From Planctomycetota bacterium (lineage in GTDB: Bacteria; Planctomycetota; MHYJ01; WSZJ01): a stretch of 64,000 nucleotides of DNA. A program made the position numbers and the translations under genes. Positions 17,004-26,399 of this stretch are shown here, one piece after another (position 1 is the first letter of the stretch; each line of letters starts with the position of its first letter). The DNA is taken from NCBI GenBank assembly GCA_038060895.1, contig JBBTCT010000007.1, forward strand, positions 1 through 64,000, read 5' to 3'. The notes beneath the pieces were generated by a model. The model saw nothing but the letters and a program-made list of their open reading frames with translations, searched no databases and was not told the DNA's origin.

Positions 17004-17938
17004 GCCGGGCCGGACCTCAGCCACCGTCCAAGTTCAGCGGCGCCCGCACCGCGGAACGGCGGTGCGACGTCAAGCGCTTCCCGGTTCACGAGCCAGAGGC
17101 CCTTCACCTGCACGGTCAGTTTCCGGTGAAAGCGGTGGCCGTGTCGTACGAGCCAGTACTCGGTTCCCAGGACCGGCGACTCTCCGGGCGCCACCCGGTG
17201 TGTCCGGCCGTCGAGGTAGAGGTCGAGTGTTCCGTCCTTATGGAAGCCCAGGATCTGGACTTCTGACGGAAAGAGAATGAACGGAAATTCGCGAACCGCC
17301 TCGGCGGTGATGTCCCGGAAGAATTCGCCGCCCGAGTAGTCCTCGGAGTACTGGATGAACATCGGGGCGTCCATGGGGAGCGCATCCGGGGCCCAGACCG
17401 TCCAGCGGTCGCCGTCGCGCCTGAACCCGGGGCAGAATTCGCCGAGGCGCCAGGAGTCGAGGCGTGCCGGTTGTGTCGAATCCAGATCCGCGAGCTCGGA
17501 CGACAGGTGGACGTCCACCAGGACGATGTGGCCGGCGTCGATCGTCGACTGCGTCGGCGCGGGATGCTCGTCCTTGATCGAGAGGATCTTCTCGTCGTTG
17601 GCCGGGTCGTCGAGAAACGAGGCCGAACGAAACGTGTGGATGTTCACGCCTCGGCCGTTCAGGTAGATCTTGTCCACGAAGAACGCCATCACGTTCTCGT
17701 CGAATTCGACGGGCTTGACGGTCGCTCCCAGGTGGCGGCTGAGAAGAGCCAGCGCACCCTGGCAGATGCCCGGGAAAGTTGCCACCGCAATGCCGTCGTC
17801 GTCGCGCGAGAGAGGGATCGCCCCGAGCGAGTACGCGCCTGCTGCCGGGAGCAACCGGATAAGAGTCGTCTTCCCGGCCACCTCGGTCAGGACGCGTTGC
17901 TGCGCTTCAGGATTTCCCACAAGCGACTCGTAACTCAC
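17000..17938 (-). CDS. Hypothetical protein
   Basis: GTG start overlaps the PilZ gene stop (GTGA); normal codon usage from 'MSYESLVGNPEAQ' onward. Confidence 0.7.
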   Translation of the reverse strand: MSYESLVGNPEAQQRVLTEVAGKTTLIRLLPAAGAYSLGAIPLSRDDDGIAVATFPGICQGALALLSRHLGATVKPVEFDENVMAFFVDKIYLNGRGVNIHTFRSASFLDDPANDEKILSIKDEHPAPTQSTIDAGHIVLVDVHLSSELADLDSTQPARLDSWRLGEFCPGFRRDGDRWTVWAPDALPMDAPMFIQYSEDYSGGEFFRDITAEAVREFPFILFPSEVQILGFHKDGTLDLYLDGRTHRVAPGESPVLGTEYWLVRHGHRFHRKLTVQVKGLWLVNREALDVAPPFRGAGAAELGRWLRSGPA

Positions 17939-18396
17939 GCGACGCCGCCTTCCGGCGGGAGAGACTTCCCTTCCGGGCCGGCCCGGCGCGTCCGCGTGGT
18001 CCGGCGTGTCCCGCCCGGCACCGCCGCCACCTTTGCCGCGGCCGGACCGCGCCGCGCGCGGTCCACCCGATCCACGATCTCCCGCAACTCGCGCCGCATG
18101 TCGTCGGGAGCATGGAAGCGAAGGCCGGCGACGGGATGACTCTCGTCCTGCGCGCAATTGGCGACGACCGCCGGGACGCCGAGCTTCCGCTTCGACCCGG
18201 GCACGCGCAGGACGACTTCGGCGCCGACGGGGAGGCTGAAACGAAGCAGGACCTTGGCGCCGGTGTCGGAAAGGTCGAGCACTTCGGCAATCTGGGAACG
18301 CCAGCCTTTGCGATTGAGCATGGCGGAGAAAAGAACGGGGACGCGCTTCGACACGCGCCGGTCGTCCGGGAAACGTCGCGTCGTGTTCCTGGTCAT
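17935..18396 (-). CDS. PilZ-domain (c-di-GMP receptor) protein
   Basis: RRVSKR (RxxxR) and DLSDTG (DxSxxG) motifs. Confidence 0.85.
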   Translation of the reverse strand: MTRNTTRRFPDDRRVSKRVPVLFSAMLNRKGWRSQIAEVLDLSDTGAKVLLRFSLPVGAEVVLRVPGSKRKLGVPAVVANCAQDESHPVAGLRFHAPDDMRRELREIVDRVDRARRGPAAAKVAAVPGGTRRTTRTRRAGPEGKSLPPEGGVA

Positions 18397-18449
18397 GTTG
18401 TGACGCAAGGTATACCACGCGACCGGGGGATTTGCGACCCGGCAACCGG

Positions 18450-21269
18450 TCAGCGGCCCTGCAGGCGCGCGAGTCCCGCTTCGGCGTCGGCGCGATCAGG
18501 GCTACCTGCCGAGGCGACCGCGGCGGCGGCCTGGAATTCTGTGCGGGCTTCTGCGAAGCGGCCGTGGCGTTCCAGGTAGGCGGCACGAGCCAGGTGCGCG
18601 AGCGGCGCTTTCGGGGACAAGGCAACGGCTTCGCCGAGCGCGAACTCCGCGTCGCTGTACCGGTTGCCGGCCTCATGGAGTTCCGCGAGCACCAGCCAGG
18701 CCTCCGGCGTGGGCCGCAACGAGATCGACCGGTCCGCCAGCGCGCGCGCTTCCTCGCGCTGCCCCAGCGCCGCCGTCGCCCACGCCGCGACGTTCAGGGC
18801 GCCGGTGTCATCGGGGCGTTCGCGGAGGACGACGCGGGCGTCCTCCAGGGCCCCGCCGGCATCGCGTTTCCGCGCACGCACGCGTGCGCGAAGCCATCGC
18901 GCCTCCGCGCTTGCCGGAACCTGTTCGACCGCCTGGTTCAACTCGGCGAGAGCCCCGTCGAGTGTGCCTCGCCGTTCATGCACAAGTGCGCGGCCCAGGC
19001 GCGCCGGCAGGTATCCCGGGGATTCCGCGAGCAGTTTTGAGAATTCCGCCCACGCGCGATCCAGGTCGCCCGCGCTCAGGAGAGCGAGCCCGAGCAGATG
19101 ACGCGTCCGCGCGCTTCCGGGAAGCGCCTCCACCGCGGCGCCGAGGTCGCGCAGGGCCGCGGGGCGATCGCCTCTCGTTTCTGCGAGGAGGCCTTTGCCG
19201 CGAATCGCGAATCCATAGCCGGGGCGGAGTTTGAGCGCCGCCTCGTAGTCCTTTTCCGCGTCGGCAAGCCGGCCGCCTTCGCGATATCCGTCCCCGCGGT
19301 AGGTGAGCGCCTCGGCAGTGTTCGCGCCCAGCGCGATGGCACGGGCCGCGTCCGCCTGCCATCGCAGGCTCCTCGCTGCGGCGTCCGGAGACCCGGGGTC
19401 GTCTTCCGAGATCCGGAAGAGAACCCGGGCCCGCACGAGAAACGCTTCGGGGTCGCCCAGGTGCCGCTCGGCCGCACGCGTGGCCCACTGTTCCGCGTTT
19501 TCCAGGTCCCATTCCTCCAGCTCGAGCTTGGCCATCGCCGACATGGCCTTCACGTGCGCCGGGTCGCGCGCGAGCACGTCTTTCAGGAGTTGCCGCGCCT
19601 TCTCCTTTTCGCCGCAGGAACGCGCGAGTTCCGCCCGCCCGAAGATCGCGTCGGCGCCCCGGAAGTACGCGGCCTTGCCCGGATCGGTGGAGAGGTCCGC
19701 GAGCGCTTCCTGCCGAAGCCGCGGCAGTTCGGGGTCCAGGTGATCGAGCTGGTTCCAGAGTTCTCCGTAGGCGCGCCAGGAGGCCGGCGCTCCGACGAGA
19801 TTCGCGTCCACGCGCGCCGCGTAGCGTTCGGCACGGATCAGCCCGCGCTCGACACGCGCTTCACCGAACGCCGCGTCAATCGCCAGCGCACGGTCGAGCT
19901 CGAACAACGCCGCATCGACAGACCCGCGCAGGCGGAGGAAGCGCCCCAGGAAATAGCGGGCCGGGGCCGTTTCGGATTCCCGGATCGCCTCCCGGCAGAG
20001 CTGGATGCCGGCGTCGAGCCGGCGGGCGGCGGCGTCCACGGAGCCCGCGCGGGAGAGGATTTCTGCTTCGAAGAGCGGACCGGAGGCGTCCTGCCAGAGA
20101 TTGCGGTCGCGTTCCGCGGCGGCTCGCTCGCGCTCGGCGGTCTGCTGGCCTTTCTGCGCGAAGTGAATCGACGGCCACGCGAGGGCGACGACGGTCGCGG
20201 TCAGGGCGAGCCCGAAGCCGAGGCCGATGAGGGCGCCGCGCTTCCGCGCGAGAGCCTTGCGCAGCCGGTACATCGCCGAGGGCGGATGCGCGAGGATCGG
20301 CTCGCCGGCGAGCCAGCGTCCCAGGTCATCGGCGAGTTCCGCCGCGGTCCGGTATCGCGAGCGCGGCTCCTTCTCGAGGCACTTCATGACGATTGTCTCG
20401 AGCTCGCGGTCCACGGTCTTGTCGAGCACGGACGGAAGCCGGATTTCGTCCTCGAGAATGCGCTTGAGCGTTTCCTGCGCAGTCGGGGCGACGACGGGAG
20501 GCATGCCGGCAAGGAGTTCATAGAGAGTCGCGCCGAGGCCGTAGACGTCCCCGGCGGGGCCGACCCGTTCGCCGCGCGCCTGCTCGGGCGGCATGTAGGC
20601 GGGAGTGCCGACGACGTCGCCGGTCTGCGAAGCGTCCGCGCCGCGCCTGGTCGATCGCGCGAGGCCGAAATCCATGACATAGGCGTGGTGCTCGGCCCGC
20701 GCCGAGCCCCCCTTGCGCCCCGCGCGCGTGACCGTCGAGACCATGATGTTGTGCGGCTTGATATCGCGGTGGACGACGCCGGCGCGGTGCGCGAACTCCA
20801 CGGCCTGCGCGGCGTCGCGGGTGAGCTCGACGAGGACCCGGCGGTTCTTGCGGGAGAACTGAAGAAGCGTGACACCGTCGATGTACGGCATCGCGATGTA
20901 GTGCCGCCCCTGCGCGATTCCGGTTTCGTACACCTGCGCGATGTTCGGGTGCCCGAGCTGGCCGGCGAGTCGCGCTTCGCGCTGGAAGCGGCCGACTTCG
21001 ACCGGGTCCTCCTGCTCGCGCATGAACTTGAGAGCGACCCAGCGGCCCAGCTCCGTGTCCCAGGCTCGCCAGACTTCCCCCATTCCTCCCGAGCCGATCC
21101 GGCGGGTGCGGATGAATTTGTCGAAGCGCGCCTCGGGACCGGCCTTCGCCGCTTCCTCTGGAATCGGAGGCGCCGAGGCGGGAGGACGCGAGATCCGGCT
21201 CGCGTCGGCGGGGTGGACTTCGGTCGGTCCGTAATCGTGAGGGACCGGGTCAGGGGATGACTGGGACAC
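18450..21269 (-). CDS. Membrane Ser/Thr kinase with TPR repeats
   Basis: IGSGGMGEV, VALK, HRDIKPHN, DFG and GTPAYMPPEQ motifs; TM helix 'GALIGLGFGLALTATVVALAW'; many TPR helices. Confidence 0.92.
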   Translation of the reverse strand: MSQSSPDPVPHDYGPTEVHPADASRISRPPASAPPIPEEAAKAGPEARFDKFIRTRRIGSGGMGEVWRAWDTELGRWVALKFMREQEDPVEVGRFQREARLAGQLGHPNIAQVYETGIAQGRHYIAMPYIDGVTLLQFSRKNRRVLVELTRDAAQAVEFAHRAGVVHRDIKPHNIMVSTVTRAGRKGGSARAEHHAYVMDFGLARSTRRGADASQTGDVVGTPAYMPPEQARGERVGPAGDVYGLGATLYELLAGMPPVVAPTAQETLKRILEDEIRLPSVLDKTVDRELETIVMKCLEKEPRSRYRTAAELADDLGRWLAGEPILAHPPSAMYRLRKALARKRGALIGLGFGLALTATVVALAWPSIHFAQKGQQTAERERAAAERDRNLWQDASGPLFEAEILSRAGSVDAAARRLDAGIQLCREAIRESETAPARYFLGRFLRLRGSVDAALFELDRALAIDAAFGEARVERGLIRAERYAARVDANLVGAPASWRAYGELWNQLDHLDPELPRLRQEALADLSTDPGKAAYFRGADAIFGRAELARSCGEKEKARQLLKDVLARDPAHVKAMSAMAKLELEEWDLENAEQWATRAAERHLGDPEAFLVRARVLFRISEDDPGSPDAAARSLRWQADAARAIALGANTAEALTYRGDGYREGGRLADAEKDYEAALKLRPGYGFAIRGKGLLAETRGDRPAALRDLGAAVEALPGSARTRHLLGLALLSAGDLDRAWAEFSKLLAESPGYLPARLGRALVHERRGTLDGALAELNQAVEQVPASAEARWLRARVRARKRDAGGALEDARVVLRERPDDTGALNVAAWATAALGQREEARALADRSISLRPTPEAWLVLAELHEAGNRYSDAEFALGEAVALSPKAPLAHLARAAYLERHGRFAEARTEFQAAAAVASAGSPDRADAEAGLARLQGR

Positions 21270-21351
21270 GCGGGAAGTCTACAACGCCGGGGCTTCCGGC
21301 CGGCGATCAGGGGGCGGCAGGGAGCAGTCTTCTGGGTAAGATTGGGCAGCC

Positions 21352-22635
21352 GTGACCACACCGACCCAGCTTCTCAGCGACGTGAATCCGACACAGCGCG
21401 CTCGCGACCTCGAGACGATCCTCGACGTCACGCGCAAGATGTCGTCGGTGCACGACACCGACGAGTTGCTGGGGATCATCCTGAGCGAGACCGTCCGGGT
21501 CATGAACGCCGACCGCGCTTCCCTGTTTCTCGTCGACAAGCGCACCAATGAACTGATCGCGCGCATCGCCCAGAAGGCGGCGACGATGATCCGGTTCCCC
21601 ATCGGGAAAGGGATCGCCGGGCACGTCGCGTCTACGAAGGAGATCGTGAACATCGTCGATGCGTACAACGACCCGCGCTTCAATCCCGAGTTCGACAAGA
21701 AGACGGGCTACCGGACCCGCACGATCCTCTGCGCGCCGCTGCTCACGCGCGACAACGACGTGATCGGCGTCCTGCAGGTGATCAACAAGCACGACGGGGA
21801 GTTCTCCAAGTACGACGAGGCCTTCATGCTTGCCTTCGGGTCGCAGTGCGCGCTGTCGCTCGAAAATGCGCGGCTCCTCAAGGATTACGTCGAGCAGCAG
21901 AAGACGAAGCAGGCGATGACGATCGCCCGGAACGTGCAGCAGGGACTGCTCCCGAAGTCGGCGCCCGACCTGCCCGGGTGGGAATTCGCCTGGAAGTCGA
22001 TCGCCTGCGACGAGACCGGCGGCGACTACTTCGACTTCGTCCCTCTCCCCGACGGCCGGCTCGGCGTCGCGATCGGCGACGTCAGCGGCCACGGAATGGG
22101 ACCGGCCCTCCTCATGGCCAGCGCGCGTTCGTTCCTGCAGGCGCTCTCCCGGCAGTCGTCGAACCCCGCGGCCGTCCTCCCGACGCTCAACGACCTCGTC
22201 TCGCGCGACATGGAGTCGGAACGTTTCATCACCCTGTTCTACGGCGCGCTCGACCCGAACAGCGGCGCACTCAAGTACTCTTCCGCCGGTCACGACCCGC
22301 CCTTCGTCCTGCGGAAAGCGGCGGGGACGTGCGAAGAGCTGGACTCCACCGGCATGCCGCTGGGGATCATGGCGGGGAGCGACTTCCCGATTGCAGAGGT
22401 GGCTCCGATGGCCGCCGGCGACCTCCTGGTGCTGTCCACGGACGGCGTCTGGGAAGCGATGAACGCCGACAACAAGAGCTATGGGCGCGAGCGGTTCAGC
22501 GCGATCCTGAAGGAGCTGCAGGGCAAGGGCGCGGCGGAGATTGTCGAGACGGTGTACGACGACGTGCTCCGCTTCTGTGATGGGGCGGCGCAACGGGACG
22601 ATTTTACGCTTGTGGTGGTGAAGCGGAACGGCTGA
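21352..22635 (+). CDS. GAF + PP2C (SpoIIE/RsbU-like) phosphatase
   Basis: GAF 'DAYNDPRFNPEFDKKTGYRT'; PP2C motifs GGDYFD, GDVSGHG, AGH, TDG, DDFT. Confidence 0.93.
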   Translation: MTTPTQLLSDVNPTQRARDLETILDVTRKMSSVHDTDELLGIILSETVRVMNADRASLFLVDKRTNELIARIAQKAATMIRFPIGKGIAGHVASTKEIVNIVDAYNDPRFNPEFDKKTGYRTRTILCAPLLTRDNDVIGVLQVINKHDGEFSKYDEAFMLAFGSQCALSLENARLLKDYVEQQKTKQAMTIARNVQQGLLPKSAPDLPGWEFAWKSIACDETGGDYFDFVPLPDGRLGVAIGDVSGHGMGPALLMASARSFLQALSRQSSNPAAVLPTLNDLVSRDMESERFITLFYGALDPNSGALKYSSAGHDPPFVLRKAAGTCEELDSTGMPLGIMAGSDFPIAEVAPMAAGDLLVLSTDGVWEAMNADNKSYGRERFSAILKELQGKGAAEIVETVYDDVLRFCDGAAQRDDFTLVVVKRNG

Positions 22636-22639
22636 GGAC

Positions 22640-22873
22640 GGGAGTTGCGAGTTCCGGAAGTTGAGTTCCGGGATCCGTGTTCCGGGTTCCGTGTGGGGTC
22701 CGGAGTTACGAGTCACGCGTTGATCTGCAAATTTGGGGAACAGTCGGCACGCAACTCCCAACCCCACCCGGAAGTCGGAACCCGGATCTCGGAACTCAAC
22801 CTCCGGAACGCTAAACTCCAGACGCCCGAACAACTCCAAACTCCCAACTCCAAACCCCCAACTCCCAACCCCG
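22640..22873. repeat. Long inverted repeat built of 7-nt units
   Basis: 22651-22684 pairs with 22776-22809 (34 nt, 3 mismatches); units nnGAGTT/CCGnGTT on the left and AACTCCA/AACTCCC on the right. Confidence 0.8.
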
Positions 22874-22876
22874 CAC

Positions 22877-23332
22877 ATGCCGATCGAATTCCTCCACACG
22901 CCCGATCCGCCGCCCAACCTCGGGAAACCGCTCCTTGAGATGGAGCTGCCATCGGTTCTCCCCGAGAAAGACATCGCGCTCAACAAGCTCCTGGCGGATC
23001 TCCACGAGCGCAATTTCATCCGCGGCGACGAGGAGGACATGAAACTCCGCCTCGTCCTCGACGAAGCGCTCGTCAACGCCATCAAGCACGGAAACAAGTT
23101 CTCCGAGCGCAAGAAGGTCCTCGCCGGCCTCTACGAAACGCCGACGCACTGGTCCCTGCGCATCGAGGACGAGGGCGAGGGCTTCAAGCCCTCCGACGTC
23201 CCCGACCCCGACGACCCCGAGTCTCTCCTTCTCGAGCACGGCCGCGGCATCGTTTTGATGAAGTCGATCATGGACGACGTGCGTTACTATCGGAACGGCT
23301 CCTGCCTCGTCCTCCTCCGCAAGAAAGGCTGA
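22877..23332 (+). CDS. RsbW-like anti-sigma factor/Ser kinase (HATPase_c_2)
   Basis: EALVNAIKHGN, IEDEGEGF and GRGIVLM motifs. Confidence 0.9.
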   Translation: MPIEFLHTPDPPPNLGKPLLEMELPSVLPEKDIALNKLLADLHERNFIRGDEEDMKLRLVLDEALVNAIKHGNKFSERKKVLAGLYETPTHWSLRIEDEGEGFKPSDVPDPDDPESLLLEHGRGIVLMKSIMDDVRYYRNGSCLVLLRKKG

Positions 23333-23334
23333 AC

Positions 23335-23718
23335 ATGGCCGACCCGCACAAGAATCACTTCATGGTGGAAGTCGCCGGCGAAATCACCGTCGTCTTCCTC
23401 TCCGACGCCCGAATCCTCGACGAGACGACGGTCAAGGTCATCGCCGAGGAGCTCATGCGCCTCGTGGACAACACGTTCAAGATCAAGCTGATGATCGACT
23501 TCTCCAACGTCGAGTACCTGTCGAGCGCAGTGCTCGGCAAGCTGGTCGCAATCCACAAGAAGGTGCAGGAAGGGAAAGGCGTGATGAAGCTGGCGTGCAT
23601 CAAGCCCGCGATCAAGGAAGTGTTCAAGATCACCAAGCTGGACAAGGTGTTCGAGATTCACGACACGCACGAGGCGTGCATGAATGCGTTCAAGCAGAAG
23701 AAGTTCGGGTTGTTCTAG
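23335..23718 (+). CDS. STAS-domain anti-sigma antagonist (RsbV/SpoIIAA-like)
   Basis: 'IDFSNVEYLSSAVLGKL' phosphoacceptor loop; 'EVFKITKLDKVF'. Confidence 0.92.
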   Translation: MADPHKNHFMVEVAGEITVVFLSDARILDETTVKVIAEELMRLVDNTFKIKLMIDFSNVEYLSSAVLGKLVAIHKKVQEGKGVMKLACIKPAIKEVFKITKLDKVFEIHDTHEACMNAFKQKKFGLF

Positions 23719-23751
23719 AAGTTGGGCCGGCACGTGAACGAAGCGGCGCCC

Positions 23752-23802
23752 ATTTAGAATTCATAATTTAGAATTCTAAATTAGAAATTATGAATTCTAA
23801 AT
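23752..23802. repeat. AT-rich palindromic 7-nt-period array upstream of cobA-hemD
   Basis: ATTTAGA ATTCATA ATTTAGA ATTCTAA ATTAGAA ATTATGA ATTCTAA AT; the outer 18 nt are a perfect inverted repeat. Confidence 0.85.
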
Positions 23803-23822
23803 CGAACGGCCGGGCATCTCGC

Positions 23823-23851
23823 TTGACGCGGCTCTTCTCCGCTTCCACCAT
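23823..23851 (+). promoter_or_regulatory. Probable leaderless promoter of cobA-hemD-hemB
   Basis: TTGACG-17nt-CACCAT-6nt-ATG. Confidence 0.5.
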
Positions 23852-23857
23852 TCGCTC

Positions 23858-25396
23858 ATGCACTCTCCCCTGGGCCCCGCTTCAATCTCGCCCGGCGGCC
23901 ATGTCGCTATTGTCGGCGCCGGGCCCGGTGACCCGGGATTGCTCACGCTTCGCGGCCATGACCTTCTTCTTCACGCCGACGTTGTTCTCTACGACCGGTT
24001 GATCGACACGCGGCTCCTCGACACTCCGTACAAACCCGCCTGCCGTCGCGTCTACGTCGGAAAGGAACTCCCCGGCCGCGCAAGCCGGGATGCACAGCAG
24101 CGCCACATCAATGCGACGATGGTGCGCGAGGCCCGGCGCGGGAAGCGCGTCGTCCGATTGAAAGGCGGGGACCCGCTCATTTTCGGGCGAGGAGGCGAGG
24201 AAGCCGCTGTGCTGGCAGCGGCCGGGATCGATTTCGAGATCGTCCCTGGCGTGACGGCGGCACTCGGCGCCGCCGCCACCACCGGAATCCCGTTCACGCA
24301 TCGCGGCGTGGCGCAGGAAGTCACCTTCGCGACCGCGCACGGAGCGAAAGGCGGGACGCCGCCGCCGTGGTCCGCTCTCGGCAAGCTGAGAGGCACGATC
24401 GTCTTCTATATGGGGACCTACACGCTCCCCTTCGCCGCGAAGAAACTGATCGCGGCCGGCCGGCGACCCTCAACGCCCGTCGCGGTCGTCGAGCGGGCGA
24501 CGACCACACGCCAGCGAGTCGTGACCGGAACACTTGCAAACATCGCGGCCCGCGCCGGGGCCGCGGCCGTCCGTCCCCCTTCGCTCGTCATCGTCGGCGA
24601 TGCCGTCGATCTTCGCAGCTCCCTGGACTGGTTCGAAAAGCGATTGCTGTTCGGGAAGAAGATCCTGGTCACGAGACCCGCGAACGAGGATCCGGGCTCG
24701 CACCGGCTGGAGGAGCTTGGCGCGGAAGTGACGCGGCTTCCAGGACTCGAATTCAGGCCAGCCCGGAACTCCGGCGCGCTTGACCGGGCGCTGCGGGGTC
24801 TGGCGCGCTTCGACTGGGTCGTCTTCACCAGTCCACGAGGAGCCGAGTTCGCGCACAGGCGCATGGAGAAACTTGGATTGGACGCACGGGCCTTCGGCTC
24901 CGCGCGCGTCGCGGTGGTCGGCTGGATGACCCGTACAATGGTCGACGCCTACTTCGAGATCCGAACCGACCTGGTACCGGACGATGAACGCGCCGAAGGA
25001 CTGGCGGAAGCGCTACGCAGGCGCGGCCTGCGCGGAAAGCGGATTCTGCTGTTGAGGGCGGACCAGGGGCGTGACGTCTTGCCGGAGTTGCTAAGCAAAG
25101 CCGGGGCGAAGGTATCGGACGTTGTGGCTTACGAGCACACGGAGCCGAAGCCGGATCGAGCGATCCTCGCGCGCTTCGCGTCGGGGGAATTCGATGCGGC
25201 GCTGGTGACGAGCGGCGAGATCGCGTCGACGCTGAAGCGCTGGCTCGGGCGCCGCCCGTGGCCGGAACGGACGAAGCTGGTTACGATCGGCCCAGTGACG
25301 AGCGGAGCGGTGCGTGAAATCGGGTGGCCCGTGGGTCGCGAAGCGACAGAGCCGCGGAAACTCGTCGAGGCGACGATCGAGGCGCTGACGAAATGA
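23858..25396 (+). CDS. cobA: Fused uroporphyrinogen-III C-methyltransferase / uroporphyrinogen-III synthase (CobA-HemD)
   Basis: VGAGPGDPGLLT, RLKGGDPLIFGRGGEE and PGVTA motifs, followed by HemD 'GKKILVTRP' and 'DWVVFTS'. Confidence 0.93.
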   Translation: MHSPLGPASISPGGHVAIVGAGPGDPGLLTLRGHDLLLHADVVLYDRLIDTRLLDTPYKPACRRVYVGKELPGRASRDAQQRHINATMVREARRGKRVVRLKGGDPLIFGRGGEEAAVLAAAGIDFEIVPGVTAALGAAATTGIPFTHRGVAQEVTFATAHGAKGGTPPPWSALGKLRGTIVFYMGTYTLPFAAKKLIAAGRRPSTPVAVVERATTTRQRVVTGTLANIAARAGAAAVRPPSLVIVGDAVDLRSSLDWFEKRLLFGKKILVTRPANEDPGSHRLEELGAEVTRLPGLEFRPARNSGALDRALRGLARFDWVVFTSPRGAEFAHRRMEKLGLDARAFGSARVAVVGWMTRTMVDAYFEIRTDLVPDDERAEGLAEALRRRGLRGKRILLLRADQGRDVLPELLSKAGAKVSDVVAYEHTEPKPDRAILARFASGEFDAALVTSGEIASTLKRWLGRRPWPERTKLVTIGPVTSGAVREIGWPVGREATEPRKLVEATIEALTK

Positions 25397-26355
25397 AGGA
25401 TCGTCCCAGGCGGCTGAGGGCCAACGCGCTGATCCGCGGGCTCGTCCGCGAGACGGAGATTTCCGCGCGGCACCTCGTGCAGCCGTATTTCGTACGGCCT
25501 GGGAAAAACCAGCGGCGCCCGATCAAGTCGATGCCCGGGAACTTGCAGCTCAGCGTCGACCAGCTCGTGAAAGACGCGAAGAAGACGCGCGACGCGGGCG
25601 TGCCGGCGGTGATCCTGTTCGGGATCCCGGAGTCGAAGGACGCGGTCGCGACCAGCGGGACCGACGCGGACGGAATCATCCCGACCGCGGTCAAAGCACT
25701 GAAGGACCGCGTCCCGGGCCTTCTCGTCATCACCGACGTCTGCCTCTGCGAATACACCGACCACGGCCACTGCGGCATCGTCAACCACGGGCGCATCGAC
25801 AACGACGCTTCCCTGCCCGTCCTGTCGAGAATGGCCGTCGCTCACGCCGAGGCCGGCGCCGACATCATCGCGCCGAGCGACATGATGGACGGGCGCGTGG
25901 GAGCGATCCGGGAAGCGCTGGACCTGTCGGGATTCGTCGAGACGCCGATCCTGTCGTACGCGGCGAAGTACGCGAGCGCGTTCTACGGGCCGTTCCGCGA
26001 CGCGGCGGAGTCGCCTCCGAAGTTCGGCGACCGGTCGACTTACCAGATGGATCCGGCGAACGTGCTCGAAGCGCTTCGTGAAGTCGAGCTGGACCTGGCG
26101 GAAGGCGCGGACATGGTGATGGTCAAGCCGGCGATGCCGTACCTCGACGTGATCCGCCGCGTGAAGGAGAAGTTCGGGCGCCCGACGGCGGCGTACTGCG
26201 TGAGCGGCGAGTACTCGATGGTGAAGGCGGCCGCGGGGAATGGGTGGATCGACGAGAAGCGTGCGGCGCTGGAAATCCTGACCTCGATCCGTCGCGCCGG
26301 CGCCGACTTGATCGTCACTTACTGGGCGACCGAAGCGGCAGGGTGGTTGAGGTAG
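25393..26355 (+). CDS. hemB: Porphobilinogen synthase
   Basis: DVCLCEYTDHGHCG Zn site; APSDMMDGR; FYGPFRDA; MVKPA; ATGA overlap with the upstream stop. Confidence 0.97.
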   Translation: MKDRPRRLRANALIRGLVRETEISARHLVQPYFVRPGKNQRRPIKSMPGNLQLSVDQLVKDAKKTRDAGVPAVILFGIPESKDAVATSGTDADGIIPTAVKALKDRVPGLLVITDVCLCEYTDHGHCGIVNHGRIDNDASLPVLSRMAVAHAEAGADIIAPSDMMDGRVGAIREALDLSGFVETPILSYAAKYASAFYGPFRDAAESPPKFGDRSTYQMDPANVLEALREVELDLAEGADMVMVKPAMPYLDVIRRVKEKFGRPTAAYCVSGEYSMVKAAAGNGWIDEKRAALEILTSIRRAGADLIVTYWATEAAGWLR

Positions 26356-26399
26356 CGGCTTCATTGCGCATCCCGCCCCAACGGATACTATTCCCGCCG

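Noticed and set aside
22640-22873. CRISPR array or IS element
   Set aside because: No identical 23-47-nt repeats with unique spacers, and no cas or transposase gene in the window.
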